A stretch of 56,627 nucleotides of DNA from a virus. Taxonomy: Duplodnaviria; Caudoviricetes. Both the position numbers and the translations under genes were made by a program. The DNA is taken from positions 1 through 56,627 of the IMG/VR virus record IMGVR_UViG_3300029822_000012. One strand, given 5' to 3'. The notes under the pieces were generated by a model. It saw nothing but the letters and a program-made list of their open reading frames with translations, was not told the DNA's origin and did not search any database. Positions 56,263-56,627 of the stretch are shown here, one piece after another; the first letter of the stretch is position 1; the number at the start of each line of letters is the position of its first letter.

Positions 56263-56627
56263 ATGAAAAATGAAATTGTAAAAAGAATTAGAGAGTTTGT
56301 AAAATCCAAAGGGATTACAATTAAAAAGTTCTGTGAGATCACGGGAATACCTGAGGCATCGTTTAAAACTATGGCTCAAAGAGGGTCTAATCCCAAGATT
56401 GAAATGATAGAAAGTATTATAAGCGCATTCCCCGATTTGGATTTAAATTGGTTGATCACTGGCAGCGGCGAGCAAATTAAATCTGATTCATCTTTGAAGG
56501 TGTTTGTTCCAGAAGATTTACCTAAAGAAGTGGGAAAATTATACCGTGCGCCCATATATGAATCATACCCGGTAAGCGCAGGGCTTCACGGGTTGGCCGC
56601 CATTAGAGAGGAGAAGCCTGATGGTTA
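56263..56627 (+). CDS. CI-like repressor, truncated by window end
   Basis: MKNEIVKRIREFVKSKGITIKKFCEITGI..NPKIE..FPDLDLNWLITGSGE HTH, then P.Y..VSAG linker typical of S24 repressors. Confidence 0.85.
   Translation, partial: MKNEIVKRIREFVKSKGITIKKFCEITGIPEASFKTMAQRGSNPKIEMIESIISAFPDLDLNWLITGSGEQIKSDSSLKVFVPEDLPKEVGKLYRAPIYESYPVSAGLHGLAAIREEKPDG

Larger units (their letters stand above)
50..56627. mobile_element. Temperate prophage (podovirus-like, DGR-carrying), left end at tRNA-Pro, right end outside window
   Basis: Integrase next to tRNA; portal, capsid, terminase, lysis, replication and CI/Cro modules. The left boundary is approximate because attR is not visible. Confidence 0.93.

Noticed and set aside
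56100-56342. 80-aa hydrophobic minus-strand ORF
   Set aside because: Antisense to the repressor start and spans the AT-rich operator region; likely spurious.

Overview
The window is the left ~56.6 kb of a temperate Bacteroidota prophage integrated at the 3' end of a tRNA-Pro(GGG) gene; the right end (rest of the CI repressor, attR) lies outside. The host assignment is inferred from TAnnTTTG promoters, A-rich SD-less starts and gene families. The phage looks podovirus-like. In order: tyrosine integrase, putative small terminase, ejection proteins including a 4471-aa DarB-like polyvalent protein, portal, an antisense operon with a rhomboid protease, scaffold and major capsid protein, tail genes, a diversity-generating retroelement (DGR), lysis cassette, large terminase, antisense tail-nozzle gene, then a leftward early/replication region (DnaB, initiator with iterons, RecT, SbcC-like ATPase, Rha, Cro) and the CI switch. 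Most notable: (1) the DGR has a clean TR/VR pair (20 mismatches in 111 bp, all at TR adenines), but its reverse transcriptase is split over three overlapping ORFs by two related ~45-nt A-rich inserts, each supplying a new ATG; no avd is visible and an extra domain is fused to the last piece; (2) a phage rhomboid protease lies beside a capsid protein with an N-terminal membrane helix; (3) four structural operons share an identically spaced promoter motif; (4) attC-like sites and tRNA-like RNAs occur in the early region. All product calls come from reading motifs by eye; no searches were run.
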